From: Octopus vulgaris
Lineage: Eukaryota
DNA length: 64,000 nt
NCBI GenBank assembly: GCA_951406725.2
Contig: OX597828.1
Span: 22,754,001 to 22,818,000, forward strand
Reading direction: 5' to 3'
Position 1 is the first letter of the stretch. Every line of letters starts with the position of its first letter. Both the position numbers and the translations under genes were made by a program. Below, one piece after another: positions 16,250 through 31,762 of this stretch. The notes below the pieces were generated by a model, which made no database searches, was not told where the DNA came from, and saw nothing but the letters and a program-made list of their open reading frames with translations.

Positions 16250-16389
16250 CTATATATATATATATAGACACACACATATGCAGTATATATATATATATAT
16301 ATATATGATATAGATATGTATATGCATATATACATACATACGTACTTTTATACAGAACTTTTTTACAAACTCATACACACACACGCACG

Positions 16390-16488
<99 letters not shown>

Positions 16489-16659
16489 CATCATGAAATC
16501 AACCATTTTATCGTATGAAGTTATACATCGTTGATGACAATACACTTCACTTTGTTTTAGCATTCAATTTATGCCTCTGCCATGGATAGGCAAGGAACCC
16601 AATATTCCTCTCAACTGAAATTTCTCTTCCTGCGTAGAATTTCCCATTTACATTTGAGT

Positions 16660-16775
16660 GATCTGCAGACATGAAATGAAGTCTTTTGCTCAAGAACACA
16701 ATTTGCCGCTCAGTCCAGAAATCAAACTGACGGTCTAACTATCCTGATTACAACACCCTAACCACTGATACACGT
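16660..16775 (-). mobile_element. SINE family C head fragment
   Basis: tgaaatgaagtcttttgctcaagaacaca...caccctaaccact matches 56520-56630. Confidence 0.75.
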
Positions 16776-17747
16776 ATAGTCATTGTATTATTTCTGATTC
16801 ATTATCCACTTCAATGCTTTCCTGTGAATCTATGTACCCTGGAATAAATTTTCCTTATATTTCCGAATCTTTTACTAAACATCTCCACCACATACGTCTC
16901 TGTCATCATAGCAACATAGAGAAAAAAACCAAAAAAAGAAACGTTTTTCTAAAAATTTCCCCGACGCCTTATAATACTTTGTCGTAATCCTACGCATAAT
17001 CTTACTTTATACCTTTTTTGTAAACACACGTTCGATATTTTATAAACGATTTTAAAGTTTCAAAGGCTTTAAATATATATCAGCCGCTTTCCGTACTTAT
17101 CAGTTTATTTAGAAATATTTTATAGTATTTCATCACTTCTCTTCTTCCAAACGTTGTATTACATTGGTGTTATATCAATCATATATGCAAACGTTTTTAG
17201 AGCATTATTGTTATTTTCTTTTTGTATATAAACCCAATTCTAGACATTAGGTCGCCTTATATATTCCCACCAGGTGTATTGTTTTTTTAATCACACACAC
17301 ACACACACACACATACACACACAGACATACACACACAGACATACACACACGTCATTACTTAATAAATACTTCAAACGTTACAGCCAAAAATAGGTTTAAA
17401 TTTCAATACTAAATACCAAACGATTATCGTATTCTTTATCATATAATTTGCGATATACAGATGTTATACCGAATGCACATTTGTACATACACGATACATA
17501 CAAATATATGTGTATATGTATATACATATAAATTTATTAATGCTTAGTATAGTGTCATATATTTTCCGTATACGATGTACTTTAACCAAACGGATTACTT
17601 CTCTCTCTTGTCGGCATATATACCTATGTATATGTGTGTGTGCGTGTGTGTGTTTGTGTATGTGTCTTTGTGTATGCGTGGTTGTATATATGTAATTAAA
17701 AATCTATGCATATAGAGATATGTATAAGAATAATATATATATATATA

Positions 17748-18158
17748 GGCGCAAGAGTGGCTGTGTGGTTAGTAGCTGTCTTACCAACCACATGGTTCCG
17801 GGTTCAGTCCCACTGCGTGGCACCTTTGGCAAGTGTCTTCTACTATAGCCTCAGGCCGACCAAAGCCTTGTGAGTGGATTTGATAGACGGAAAATGAAAG
17901 AAGCCCGTCGTATATATGTATATGTATATGTGTGTGTGTGCGTGTATGTTTGTGTGTCTGTGTTCGTCCCTCTAGCATTGCTTGACAACCGATGCTGGTG
18001 TGTTCATGTGCCCGTCACGTAGCGGTTCGGCAAAAGAGACCGATAGAATAAGTACTGGGCTTACAAAGAATAAGTCCCGCGGTCGAGTTGTTCGATTAAA
18101 GGCGGTGCTCCAGCATGGCCGCAGTCAAATGACTGAAACAAGTATAAGAGTAAAGAGT
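17748..18158 (+). mobile_element. SINE family A, full length
   Basis: ggcgcaagagtggctgtgtgg head with A and B boxes, cctttggcaagtgtctt, tail ggcggtgctccagcatggccgcagtcaaatgactgaaac; followed by (TAGA)n(TAGG)n. Confidence 0.95.
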
Positions 18159-18166
18159 ATATATAT

Positions 18167-18246
<80 letters not shown>

Positions 18247-18852
18247 GTAGGTAGGTAGGTAGGTAGGCAGGTAGGCAGGTAGGTAGGTAGGTAGGATAGT
18301 TTTGTATATGCGTGTCAAATTTATATATATATATAAGGATATACATACGACCTCAAAATATAATTCAGAAAATATCACGTCTGATTAATGTTACCTTCAA
18401 ATAACTAAACATAATTTATGCATCAGTGATCGGGTTAATTCAGACAGATATTTGTCATGAGATTTTTGAAAGAAAATAAACTATAACTGGAGTCATAGAG
18501 ATATGCAGCTATGTCAGGGCAAACGTATGTTTTGGTCGTTGAAATGCAGGTCTACGTGGACAGAATGTACACATAAAGGTTTATCGTATATGTATATATA
18601 TATGTATATGATAAGATTTGAAAATGGACTGAGACTAGCTAATTTTTTTATTATATTTATAGAATTGACGAGTTTCATAACTTACAAAAGTTGAGATAGA
18701 AAGGCGGCGGTTATGTCGCAGCTGTCTTGCTTCTGTCTAGTGTTTGAAACTTGTCCTCTTTTCCTATCTTAAGTTTTGAAAATTAGTGTAAACTATAAAG
18801 AAACCAAAACAAAATCTATTTCCCAGTGCCTTTTCAACTATATTTCTACCCA

Positions 18853-18920
<68 letters not shown>

Positions 18921-19394
18921 CAGTGAGAGAAAGAAAGACAGACATAGAGACAGACAGACAGACAGAGATAGATTGGTATACGTATACATGAATATACGCT
19001 CTATGGACTTGGAATTCAGCGACTCGTAAAGCAAACGGCCATAGTCTTACAACTCCGCCAAACAGTCGACTGATGACTAACTCTAGAGTAAGTGAAAGCC
19101 TATGATAACTTGTCTGACGACATATTATGGGACGGACTGTTTTTCGAAAATATTTTTCTGAAATCCCCACTCCGTTCTTGACTGGAAATTAGGAAATAAG
19201 GCCTTCCATATGCTTTAATGCATAAGAACCCCTCCCCCGGAATATGTTCTACTGAAGATGAGGTCCATCTAATATGAACCTACACCTCTTTATGCTATCC
19301 AATATGATAACAAAATGGCTAGTATATTTGCCTTTAATTACTTCTCTTTATAGAATGCTAACATTTAAGATGGGGCCCTGGTATAATTGTTACC

Positions 19395-19548
19395 ACGCCG
19401 ACGAAAAGGATTTGTGGCATTCTGCCTGCCCTTACGTTGAATTCAAATTCTGCCAAGGTAGACTTTGCCTTTCGAATTTCGTAACAGTGGAACACCGGAG
19501 TGGAAACTCCGTCGAAAGTTCTGGCCTTGTGCACAAATTTGAAACCTG
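19395..19548 (+). mobile_element. SINE family B, degenerate
   Basis: tacgttgaattcaaattctgccaaggtagactttgccttt...ctggccttgtgcacaaatttgaaac. Confidence 0.7.
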
Positions 19549-19554
19549 TATAAA

Positions 19555-19848
19555 AATGGCGCTCCGGCGGCTACGACGAGGAGGGTTCCAGTCGATCCGA
19601 TCAACAGAACAGCCTGCTCGGGAAATTAAAGTGAATGTAGCTAAGCTCTCCATAGACACGTAGTTCTCAGGGAGATTCAGTGTGACCTAGAGTGTGACAA
19701 GGCTGGTCCCTTTGAATAACAGGTACGGCTCATTTTTGCCGGCTGAGTCGACTGGAGCAAGGTAAAATAAGCTGTCACGCCAGGGTCACAACGTGTCGCC
19801 AGGAATTGAACTCATGACCATGAGATCGTAGGGCCGAATACCTTAATT
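19555..19848 (-). mobile_element. SINE with family C head and tail module D
   Basis: ctcatttttgccggctgagtcgactggagcaa is shared with 56490-56525; tail ggttccagtcgatccgatcaacagaacagcctgctcg...gtgtgacaaggctgg is the reverse complement of 27410-27580. Confidence 0.8.
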
Positions 19849-20196
19849 GAAACCAATATAGCAAAGGAACATGTATCGACAACCTACATTTTTAGCATAA
19901 ACAAACAACACTTGGTTTGAACAGGCGATCATGACAAAGTATGACGGAACACAATATCTCGTTCTTCATCATCCTTCAGTTAAAGTATTAAGATCAATTC
20001 CAGTGTAAAGTTTTATAGAAAATTTGATATTTTACCAAACATTGGAATCATTAAGAACACGATAATTAATTTTTGTGTAATTACGGTTTCATGTTTGAAA
20101 TTTTTTTTTTTGTTTTATGCTTTTGTATAGTTCTTTTCATGGTATCAAATAAATCATCTGCGTGCGCAAATGTCAGTCACTCTTATATACATACAC

Positions 20197-22843
<2,647 letters not shown>

Positions 22844-23314
22844 TGTATGTATACATTTTTTATAAGTCGTATATTTTTAGTTATTAATACTTTTGTGTGT
22901 GCACAGATTTGTGCTAATACTTACGCTCTTGCATCTGTGTTTTTGCGCTAGTTTTTTATGCATTCATATTTTCATTTCGTGTAATTTGTTAAAAAATCAC
23001 GTTTTCCATATATTTATCTTATTAATGATTATCTTTTGTTAGATAAAATAAAGGTGAAAATCAATAGAAATGAAAGAAAACTGACAGAAAATAACAATAA
23101 CAAAAAAAATAGTAATAACAATAATGAAACATATACAAATTTGGAAATTATTAGTTTTTCCAATATGTAAATACATATATGGATTAATATACGTACACGC
23201 ACCAATGTATGTACATGTAAAAACAGATATGTGCATACGTACATACACACACTCATACATACATACATACATACATACATACATACATACATACATACAT
23301 ACATACATACATAC

Positions 23315-23525
23315 ATGCTTGGTCCAGACACGTATTTTTCTCTCGTTTTATTTTCCTGTCTTCAACTACTTTCTCTTCTCACTTCTTTCTGCTGTAGATC
23401 GTAGGCTCGAAACGTCATAGACTCCGCTAGTCTTCCTCAGCGTCAAATTAATGCACGTTATTTGTTGTTTCCTCAAATGTCTCTGGCTTTTTCTTTTTCT
23501 TTGCATTGTACAATTTTGAACTAAT
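23315..23525 (+). mobile_element. Penelope-like tail remnant with decayed hammerhead (same family as 30785-30965)
   Basis: tcttt-ctgctgt-a-gatc-gtag-gctc-gaaa-cgtc-ataga (23384-23421), followed by cctcagcgtc, a T-rich tail and (TA)n. Confidence 0.6.
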
Positions 23526-23545
23526 ATATATAAATAAATAAAATA

Positions 23546-23582
<37 letters not shown>

Positions 23583-23590
<8 letters not shown>

Positions 23591-23677
23591 TATATTGAGG
23601 ATACTACTATTCGTAGATACCAACACGCTTAGCGTGTTGGTATCTACGAATAGTAGTACCCTCAATATAATATAAAT
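23583..23677. repeat. Near-perfect palindrome, 47 bp arms, 1 nt centre
   Basis: atttatattatattgaggatactactattcgtagataccaacacgct-t-agcgtgttggtatctacgaatagtagtaccctcaatataatataaat; one mismatch. Confidence 0.97.
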
Positions 23678-23778
23678 GAATATTTTCAAAGTGGAAGATT
23701 TTACGGATTTTTTCTCTAACGAGGTTTTTCACGCTGACTACTGATAATTTCTTTTAAAGATTTTATCCTCAATTGTTA

Positions 23779-23817
<39 letters not shown>

Positions 23818-24094
23818 CATAAATATGTGTATACGTACATATATATACGTTTGCGTATGTATAGATATATGACGAAACGCTCACTAATATATGTATAAAT
23901 ATATATATAATCTGCCGGGCATATACCCTCACGGACGCATCAAATCATAATCACACACCCGGTGGTTTGTTTCACGACTGCATGTGTTTGACCGAATGCG
24001 TACTCAGTCAGATATACCATGCTGATGAAGAACGATATCATTGACAGAAATCGACGTTGTATGGAAATTATCTCTCACAATATTTAGTGCCTTA

Positions 24095-24285
24095 CTAAGG
24101 AGAGTCGAACGAAATTCTTAGGAACCGTTCGTCCGTCTTCAGATTGCATATTTCACCAAGGACATATTTCCTATTCATCTTTCTGGGGCTCGATAGAATA
24201 ATTACCAGCTAGGTGAGTACTGGGGTCCGACGCAACTACTAACCCCTTACCCCAAATTTGCTGGCATGCTGCCAAAATTTAAAAT
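24095..24285 (+). mobile_element. SINE family B, degenerate
   Basis: cattcatctttctggggctcgatagaataattaccag...gagtactggggtc...aaatttgctggcatgctgccaaaatttaaa. Confidence 0.65.
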
Positions 24286-24635
24286 CTATGTTTGCTATGT
24301 TTAAAAAGTTTCTATTGAAAATCAACCTTTCTGACTGGCAGCCATTAATGACAGATGGTTTGCATCAAGGCTAATTCTGAGAATAAACCGCAAGTAACAT
24401 ATTTTCAGCAATGCTCCTGAAATACGATCCTTCTCTCTAATTCTAACTTTGCACATTGCGGGCGACTTGGTTGAAGGACTGGCTGAAGAGGAAAACGTTC
24501 GTGATAAACTGGGTTATATTTGAATATAGCCTGTTGGAATGTTTCTCTTGATCATAGAGCGTGATTAGCACAAATCTAGGGCTGAACAATATCAACAACA
24601 ACAAAACACCATCACCACCACTAACAGCAACAACG

Positions 24636-24676
<41 letters not shown>

Positions 24677-24805
24677 CAACACCATCACTACTACTACTAC
24701 TACCACCACGACCATCACTATAATGCTACTACTACTACTACAGCGAAACTGACATTTTCCCGATAATAATCCAAGCTTCTCACCAACTGTTGTTGCTGGA
24801 TTGCA

Positions 24806-24922
24806 TGTTTGTTACTCGAGACACCGTTCGTAAACCGAAATGTGTTACGTTCAAAAACTTTCTGCGTCGTAAACCGATTTGTTCGTGGTGAGAAAAATTG
24901 TTCGTAAACCGAACTTCCACTG
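24806..24922. mobile_element. pogo/Tigger-like DNA transposon terminus
   Basis: Ends in gttcgtaaaccgaacttccactg (reverse complement cagtggaagttcggtttacgaac, Tigger-type TIR by recall); tcgtaaaccga occurs three times as subterminal repeats. Partner TIR not found. Confidence 0.55.
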
Positions 24923-24984
24923 CATTCTTCTGTTTCCCCTTCGCCTCCATTTCTCAGTCTCCATTCTCTCCTTCCTCCAACTAC

Positions 24985-25334
24985 GCTTCCTTTTCTTCTT
25001 CTTATTATTTTTCTTCTTCTTCTTCTTCTTCTTCTTCTTTTTCTTCTTCTTCTTCTTCTTCCTTCTTCTCCTTCTTCTTCTCTCCTCTTCTTCTTCCTTC
25101 TTCTTCTTCTTCTTCTTCCTTCTTCTCCTCCTCTTCTTCTCCTTCTTCTTCTTCTTCATCTTCTTCTTCTTCTTCTTCTTCTTCTTCTTCTTCTTCTTCT
25201 TCTTCTTCTTCTTCTTCTTCTCTCTTCTTCTTCTTCTTCTTCTCCTTCTTCATCTTCTTCCTCATCCTCTTCTTCTTCTTCTTCTTTCCATCTCTTCTTC
25301 TTCTCCTTCTCCTTCTCCTCCTACTCCTTCTTCT
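24985..25334. repeat. Long (CTT)n/(GAA)n polypyrimidine tract
   Basis: About 350 bp almost purely C/T on the + strand. Confidence 0.97.
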
Positions 25335-25786
25335 AGTTTGATGGACGCCATTATATGGAATACGTTATTACATGCGTCATGTCTTTGTTTGATAAGTTCA
25401 ACATTGACTTGACGTTTTGACATGGCTGTTTAGTTTCGAGACTGTTTCAAATTTAGGCAGCTACTAATTTCAATATCTTTCTAATTTAATTAAGATCTTC
25501 TTTTCTATCTGCTGCTCTTATTAATAATATTGTTATTTTTATTATTTTTTTTGTGAGTGTTTTTAAATATTAAGTTTAATATTTTTATTTGATTCTTTTG
25601 TAGCTAGTTTTCGATTTGAATAACAAGGTTTTGTTTCGATGTCTTTTCGTTTTCTTTTAGGTTCAGCTGTTCTTGCTTGTTTATTTTATTTATATATTTT
25701 TTTCTAGGAATAATACTAATATTTTGTAGAACAGTCATTTTGGATGAGAAACATTTTGGAAGAGAAAGAGAGAAATGATGAGGAGA

Positions 25787-25817
<31 letters not shown>

Positions 25818-26081
25818 GGAGACGGATTAGAAGAGAGATAATGAAAAGAATTCCATATACATTCATGAAAATATCAAATGTGAGAGTGGAGAGGGAGATG
25901 GAAAGAGACTTGAATAGGTACAAATGGGTCGAGGTATCTGATGTGGTACAGGTGTAGAAAGAGAGGGAGAGAGACAGGGAGACAGACACAGAGACAGACA
26001 GTGAAATAAATGGATAGTGTGATACACTGATTGATTGTCAGATAGACTGATTAATAGCTGGATGGATACGTGTTTTATATA

Positions 26082-26190
<109 letters not shown>

Positions 26191-26562
26191 TATATAGATA
26201 TTTCTATCAGAGGGAGAGGCAGAAAGAGACAGACAATATAGTTAACAAAGTTTTTCCTTTTATTTAAGTTAAAATGGCAACTATGCAAAAAATGAAAGAA
26301 TTTTATCCATTTATTTCCCGTTTATATTTGTCTTCTAAAAAACAGAAAATAAGTACTTTTTTTTAGAATAATCTAGACTCTGCTGAACTCCCAATGCATT
26401 ATTAATTTCCCTAGAAATTCACAAATACAGTCGAATGACACACAATGCTGAACTTAGAGATACGTTTCCTTATATCTTTTTTTATATCTTACATAATATA
26501 TTATTTTTAAAGCTCTCCCGGTTCGAAATGTCTGCTCTCTGTCTGAAGGCGACAACATATAT

Positions 26563-26989
26563 ACTCTTTCTCTCTCTTTTTACTCTTTTTACTTGTTTCA
26601 GTCATTTGAATGTGGCCATGCTGGAGCACTGCCTTTAGTCGAGTAAATCGTCCCGCGACTTATTCTTTGTAAGCCCAGTACTTATTCTATCGGTCTCTTT
26701 TGCTGAACCGCTAAGTGACGGGGACGTAAGCACACCAGCACGGTTGTCAAACAGTGCTAGGGCGACAAACACACACACACAAACACACACATACACACAC
26801 ATATATATATATATATATACATATGTACGACAGGCTTCTTTCAGTTTCTGTCTACCAAATCCACTCACAAGGCATTGGTCGGCCCGGGGCTATAGCAGAA
26901 GACACTTGCCCAAGATGCCATGCTGTGGGACTGAACCCGGAACCATGTGGTTGGTTAGCAAGCTACTTACCACACAGCCACTCCTGCGC
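26563..26989 (-). mobile_element. SINE family A, full length
   Basis: Reverse complement of 17748-18158 over its whole length, ending cacacagccactcctgcgc. Confidence 0.95.
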
Positions 26990-27139
26990 ATATATATATA
27001 TATATATATATACATACACACATGCATATATATATATATATATATATATATACACGTGTACATAATAATATAAATAATATATAATAATATAATATATATA
27101 TATATGCATATATGCATACGTGTATATACATACTTACAT

Positions 27140-27330
27140 ATATATATGGAACATGAACTATTCTTTCGAACAACGAAAGACACAAATGGAAAACAAAACA
27201 AACAGCATAAAGAACGACCCTTCACCCATTGTTAGCTGTTTTTCTAGTCTCGTATTTCGAGCATTTAACAACAATACATGCTATACATACTTTTGCTAAA
27301 ACAGTTGCTCCCGCAAAGCAAATTAAAATT
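27140..27330. mobile_element. Interspersed repeat family F (second copy at 44420-44628)
   Basis: Shares taaagaacgacc(c/a)ttca, tttc(g/c)agcatt and cagttgctccc(g/a)ca with 44420-44628. Confidence 0.6.
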
Positions 27331-27590
27331 CCAAGAGGCTCCGGTGGTGAACCCTACTGTACTCTTTTACCACAACTTTCTCTCATACTTTCTCCCAGTT
27401 TCTGTTGTACCTGTATTTCAAAGGGCCAGTCTTGTCACACTCTGTGTCACGCTGAATCTCCCCGAGAACTACGTTAAGGGTACACTTGTCTTTGGAGTGC
27501 TCAGCCACTCCCACGTTAATTTCACGAGCAGGCTGTTCCGTTGAACAGATCAACTGGAACCCCCATCGTCGTAACCGACAGAATGTCACG
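27325..27590 (+). mobile_element. SINE fragment: middle module E plus tail module D
   Basis: gaggctccgg...ccct(a/g)ct...ccacaactttc is shared with 51220-51280; then cttgtcacactctgtgtcacgctgaatctccc...ttcacgagcaggctgttccgttga is shared with 19555-19730. Confidence 0.8.
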
Positions 27591-27624
27591 ACTCTGCGCG
27601 TGTGAGTGCGTGTACTATGTATTA

Positions 27625-27795
27625 AAGGCAACGAGCCGCCAGATTCGTTAACCAGCCGCGCAAAATCCTTAGCGGTATTTCCTCTGTCTTTAGGTTCCGA
27701 GTTCAAATTTTGCCAGTGTCGATAAAGTGAGTACCAGTTGAGCGGAGGAGTCGATGCAATTGCCCACCCCACTCCCACGAAATGACTGGATTGTT
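27625..27795 (+). mobile_element. SINE family B, internally deleted
   Basis: ggcaacgagccgccagattcgttaacc...cttagcggtatttc...gagttcaaatt...gtcgataaagtgagtaccagttgag. Confidence 0.8.
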
Positions 27796-27854
27796 CTTAT
27801 ATTCTGAGTGAAATATATACTAAGTGATTGTGGTTCTTTAGTTCTGATCATCCT

Positions 27855-27904
27855 AGACCGCGTCCTGTTCGCACTGAATTTTGTCAGTGAACAGGTCGCG
27901 GTCT
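27855..27904. repeat. GC-rich hairpin (~21 bp stem, 6 nt loop)
   Basis: agaccgcgtcctgttcgcactga-attttg-tcagtgaacaggtcgcggtct. Confidence 0.85.
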
Positions 27905-27981
27905 CAAAACGACGAAAATATTTTACTGAATCTAACGGATTTTGTGTGCTTCTTAAATGGCTTATAAACACCTTCCACAAT

Positions 27982-28297
<316 letters not shown>

Positions 28298-29628
28298 TGT
28301 ATGTATGCATGTATGTATGTATGTATGTATATATGTATGTATGTATGTATATATGTATGTATGTATGTACGTATGTATGTATGTATATATATATATGTAT
28401 ATATATATATGAATAAGTTTATATATATATATGTGAATAAGTTTCTCTTAACTTCTTGATATCATTAGTTTCTCCTTCCTTCTCCAACCTCTCTTTCTCT
28501 CTTTCTCTGTATACGCACGTATGTGATTGTAAGGACCTCTGTGTGTCTGAGTGTGTCTGTGATGGTTTAGTATAAGTGTATATAGATTTATGTACGTATG
28601 TACGAATGGCATTGTATGTGTCACCACCTGTATCACTCTCTCTCCCTCTCCCACTTTCTCTCTCTCTCTAATAGTGGCTGTTTTCTTTTCCATCTCTTTC
28701 TCTACGTATTTGCGGATGTGTGTTGTGTTTGCGAGTGTGTAAGTGTGAACATACTTTCATATATGTGAGTAGGAGTGTGGGTGAGTGTGTGTATGTCCAC
28801 TCGTAAGTTCTAGTGCTCTTAACTTTCTCAGCTTCACACTCAATATATGCGAGACTTTGTGTGTACGTGTGTGTATAATTGTATATGAGCGCGCGTGTGT
28901 ATATGTGACAAAAGAAAGAAAGAAAGAGTAACTGTTTGCACAGAATGCAAAAACAGTTTTGCAAAAGTGAGCAAGGACCCCTCAGGGGACTCTAGAAATT
29001 TAGTCAATTATCTTATAGAGATTACCATCCTTTTGGCAGCAAAGGGATTTTAAATGTTGAAGCGATACGAACTGCTATTTCGAAAGATGCCAATAAGTGC
29101 CAAGTGAATATTGAAAGCATCACAGGAAATAGATTACGAACGTGGCCGCTGGCTTCAGCAATCATCAACCAATCATTTGAGATGTAACGGTTGACAATAC
29201 AAAATTGGAAAACGTCTACACATTTGTAGCCATCTTTGGAGCGACAGCTTCGTCATCACTCTATCTGTAGTTCGTTGTTATAATTTCTGCTATTGTTTTC
29301 TTGACATATGTCCGTTATGTTGGAAAATGAAAAGCGAGAAAGAATAGAGGAGAAGACAAGCAAACAACAACACACACACACAAAAAAAGGGGGGGAGAAA
29401 ATATGGTGAGAGAAAGAGAAGGTGGAAGGCCGTAGATAACGGACGATGAAAGACAAGACAAAGATTAAGAATGACAGAAGGAGAGGAAGAGAGGAAGAGA
29501 GAGAGAGAGAGGGGGAAGGGAGAGATAGAAGTGGAAGGTAATGGGAGAGTGAGTTGTAAGCAGCATTGTTATTTCCACGTATCGCCGCAGCACAGACATA
29601 TGCGACACAAAATAGATAAGTATAATTG

Positions 29629-29749
<121 letters not shown>

Positions 29750-29812
29750 ATGTATGTATCGTTATACATATCTGCGGACATATACATATGGCTATTTTCC
29801 GTGTATGTATAA

Positions 29813-29858
<46 letters not shown>

Positions 29859-30784
29859 CATGTATAGTGTTAATTGATTATGCTACGACTCGAAGAAATG
29901 AGGAAATAAAGATTCAAAAAAATCTCAGAATATTCAGAGCTACAATTACGTAGCACTCCCACAAATGCACACACATATACATATACATACATATTCATAC
30001 ACACCCACTCGCGTATGTAATATATAAACACCTACAACGCACATGTGTATATATAAACATATGCATATAATTATATATAACAAGTGTAACTGTATATATA
30101 TATATATATATATATATACATAAATGTATGTATACATATATGCATACATATATGCATACATATTTATATATGGATATATATATATATTGTATGTGTGTGT
30201 GTATATGTATATAGTAAATATCCAACGCAACGTAAACCCCTCCTGAGATTAATTATCCTTATATCTATCAATCTATACATCTAGCTATTTATGTGCATGT
30301 ATGTGTGTGTGTGTGTGTGTGTGTGTGAGTGTGTTTCTGTGGGTGTGTGTGTGTGTGTGCATGTATAGATTAAATACACATACATATATAAGAATACTCC
30401 GGGATAATATTGATCCTCGCGAAAGGAATAATTGCATTACTCAAGCGAGATTGGGGAACAGAAATAACACACTTTGCTTTTCCTAATACTAGTCTTCGTA
30501 GAGAGTTCTCTGGCGATATTCATCTCTGAACCGACACAGACTAGGAACCACCAAAATCTGACATCAAGAACTATTATAATAACGTACGAGGAATATATCA
30601 AATAAACTTAGACTACCATACATGAGACGAGTGAGCATATTTTCCGTTCTTCATACACACGGACATATACGTAAATATATGTATATACAACGTGTGCATC
30701 TTAATATCAATCGTATAGATGTATCTGTGAATATATATATATACATAGATACATACATACATATATATGTACCGCGTCTGTATC

Positions 30785-30963
30785 ACTAGCGATTTTTTCC
30801 CCTGTCTTCCCTTCTCGGGATCTTTCCTCCTCCTATGTTTCCGACGAAGAGCTCCGCTCGAAACGTCAAACCCTCCTTCTTCCCATCTTTCCTGAGCGTC
30901 CAATAATACTTTATTTGTTCCACGTCCTTGCGTTGTTGTTTTTGTTTTCTTGTTTGGATTAAT

Positions 30964-30965
<2 letters not shown>
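30785..30965 (+). mobile_element. Penelope-like tail remnant carrying a minimal hammerhead
   Basis: Pyrimidine-rich segment with hammerhead motif, then cctgagcgtccaataatac, T-rich tail and (TA)n; homologous to 23315-23525 and 40640-40815. Confidence 0.65.
30837..30871 (+). ncRNA. Minimal type-I hammerhead ribozyme motif (U4C variant, extra A after A9)
   Basis: Stem I gttt/aaac; core ccgacga; extra a; stem II gagc-tcc-gctc; gaaa; palindromic acgt stem III; GUC cleavage triplet. Confidence 0.7.
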
Positions 30966-31018
<53 letters not shown>

Positions 31019-31451
31019 ATATGATAGCAAATGAACATCTATATGCAATTGAAGTACTAGTAGAACCGAACAAAACACTTGTGTTGGCTTTCAATTGGAC
31101 TCACTTCGAATTAAACCTCATTGATGCATATTTATAGATAACAAGATTTTTATATTTACGATGAGAAAGCCATCAATACATACACTGATACGCACTAAAA
31201 AGATCGCCATGCCAAGCAATACATAAAATGCATACATACATTCATAGATACACATTCATATACATAGGTGTGTATGCGTTTGTGTGTCGATATATATTTG
31301 TGCGTGTTAATGTTTATATATGCGTTAGTTTATCTCAATAACATATTCCATTGCAATCTGCTTATATAACTTACTTTATGATGTCTCTCCTTACAACTGC
31401 ACTGAAAAGCATGGAATTGTTTTAAAGTGTATTATTGTAATCGTTACTTCC

Positions 31452-31537
<86 letters not shown>

Positions 31538-31584
31538 ATATGCAAGTGTATGCACCTATATTTGCATATGTACATATTTAGAAA

Positions 31585-31622
<38 letters not shown>

Positions 31623-31666
31623 GTATGTAGCTTTACAGGACTAGTACTGTTTCATTCATACATACA

Positions 31667-31703
<37 letters not shown>

Positions 31704-31720
31704 TTATATATATATACATG

Positions 31721-31762
<42 letters not shown>

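Noticed and set aside
17748-17825. tRNA-like A and B boxes at SINE heads
   Set aside because: No complete cloverleaf, and continuous with SINE bodies; not tRNA genes.
19064-19121. ctgatga...gaaa hammerhead-like motif
   Set aside because: Stem II register is off, there is no G10.1-C11.1 pair, and stems I/III do not close around a UH site.
26635-27073. Recurrent ORFs such as ...YQIHSQGIGRPEAIAEDTCPRCHAVGLNPEPC (also at 17781 and 57052)
   Set aside because: They are frames through SINE family A; recurrence reflects SINE copies, not a gene family.
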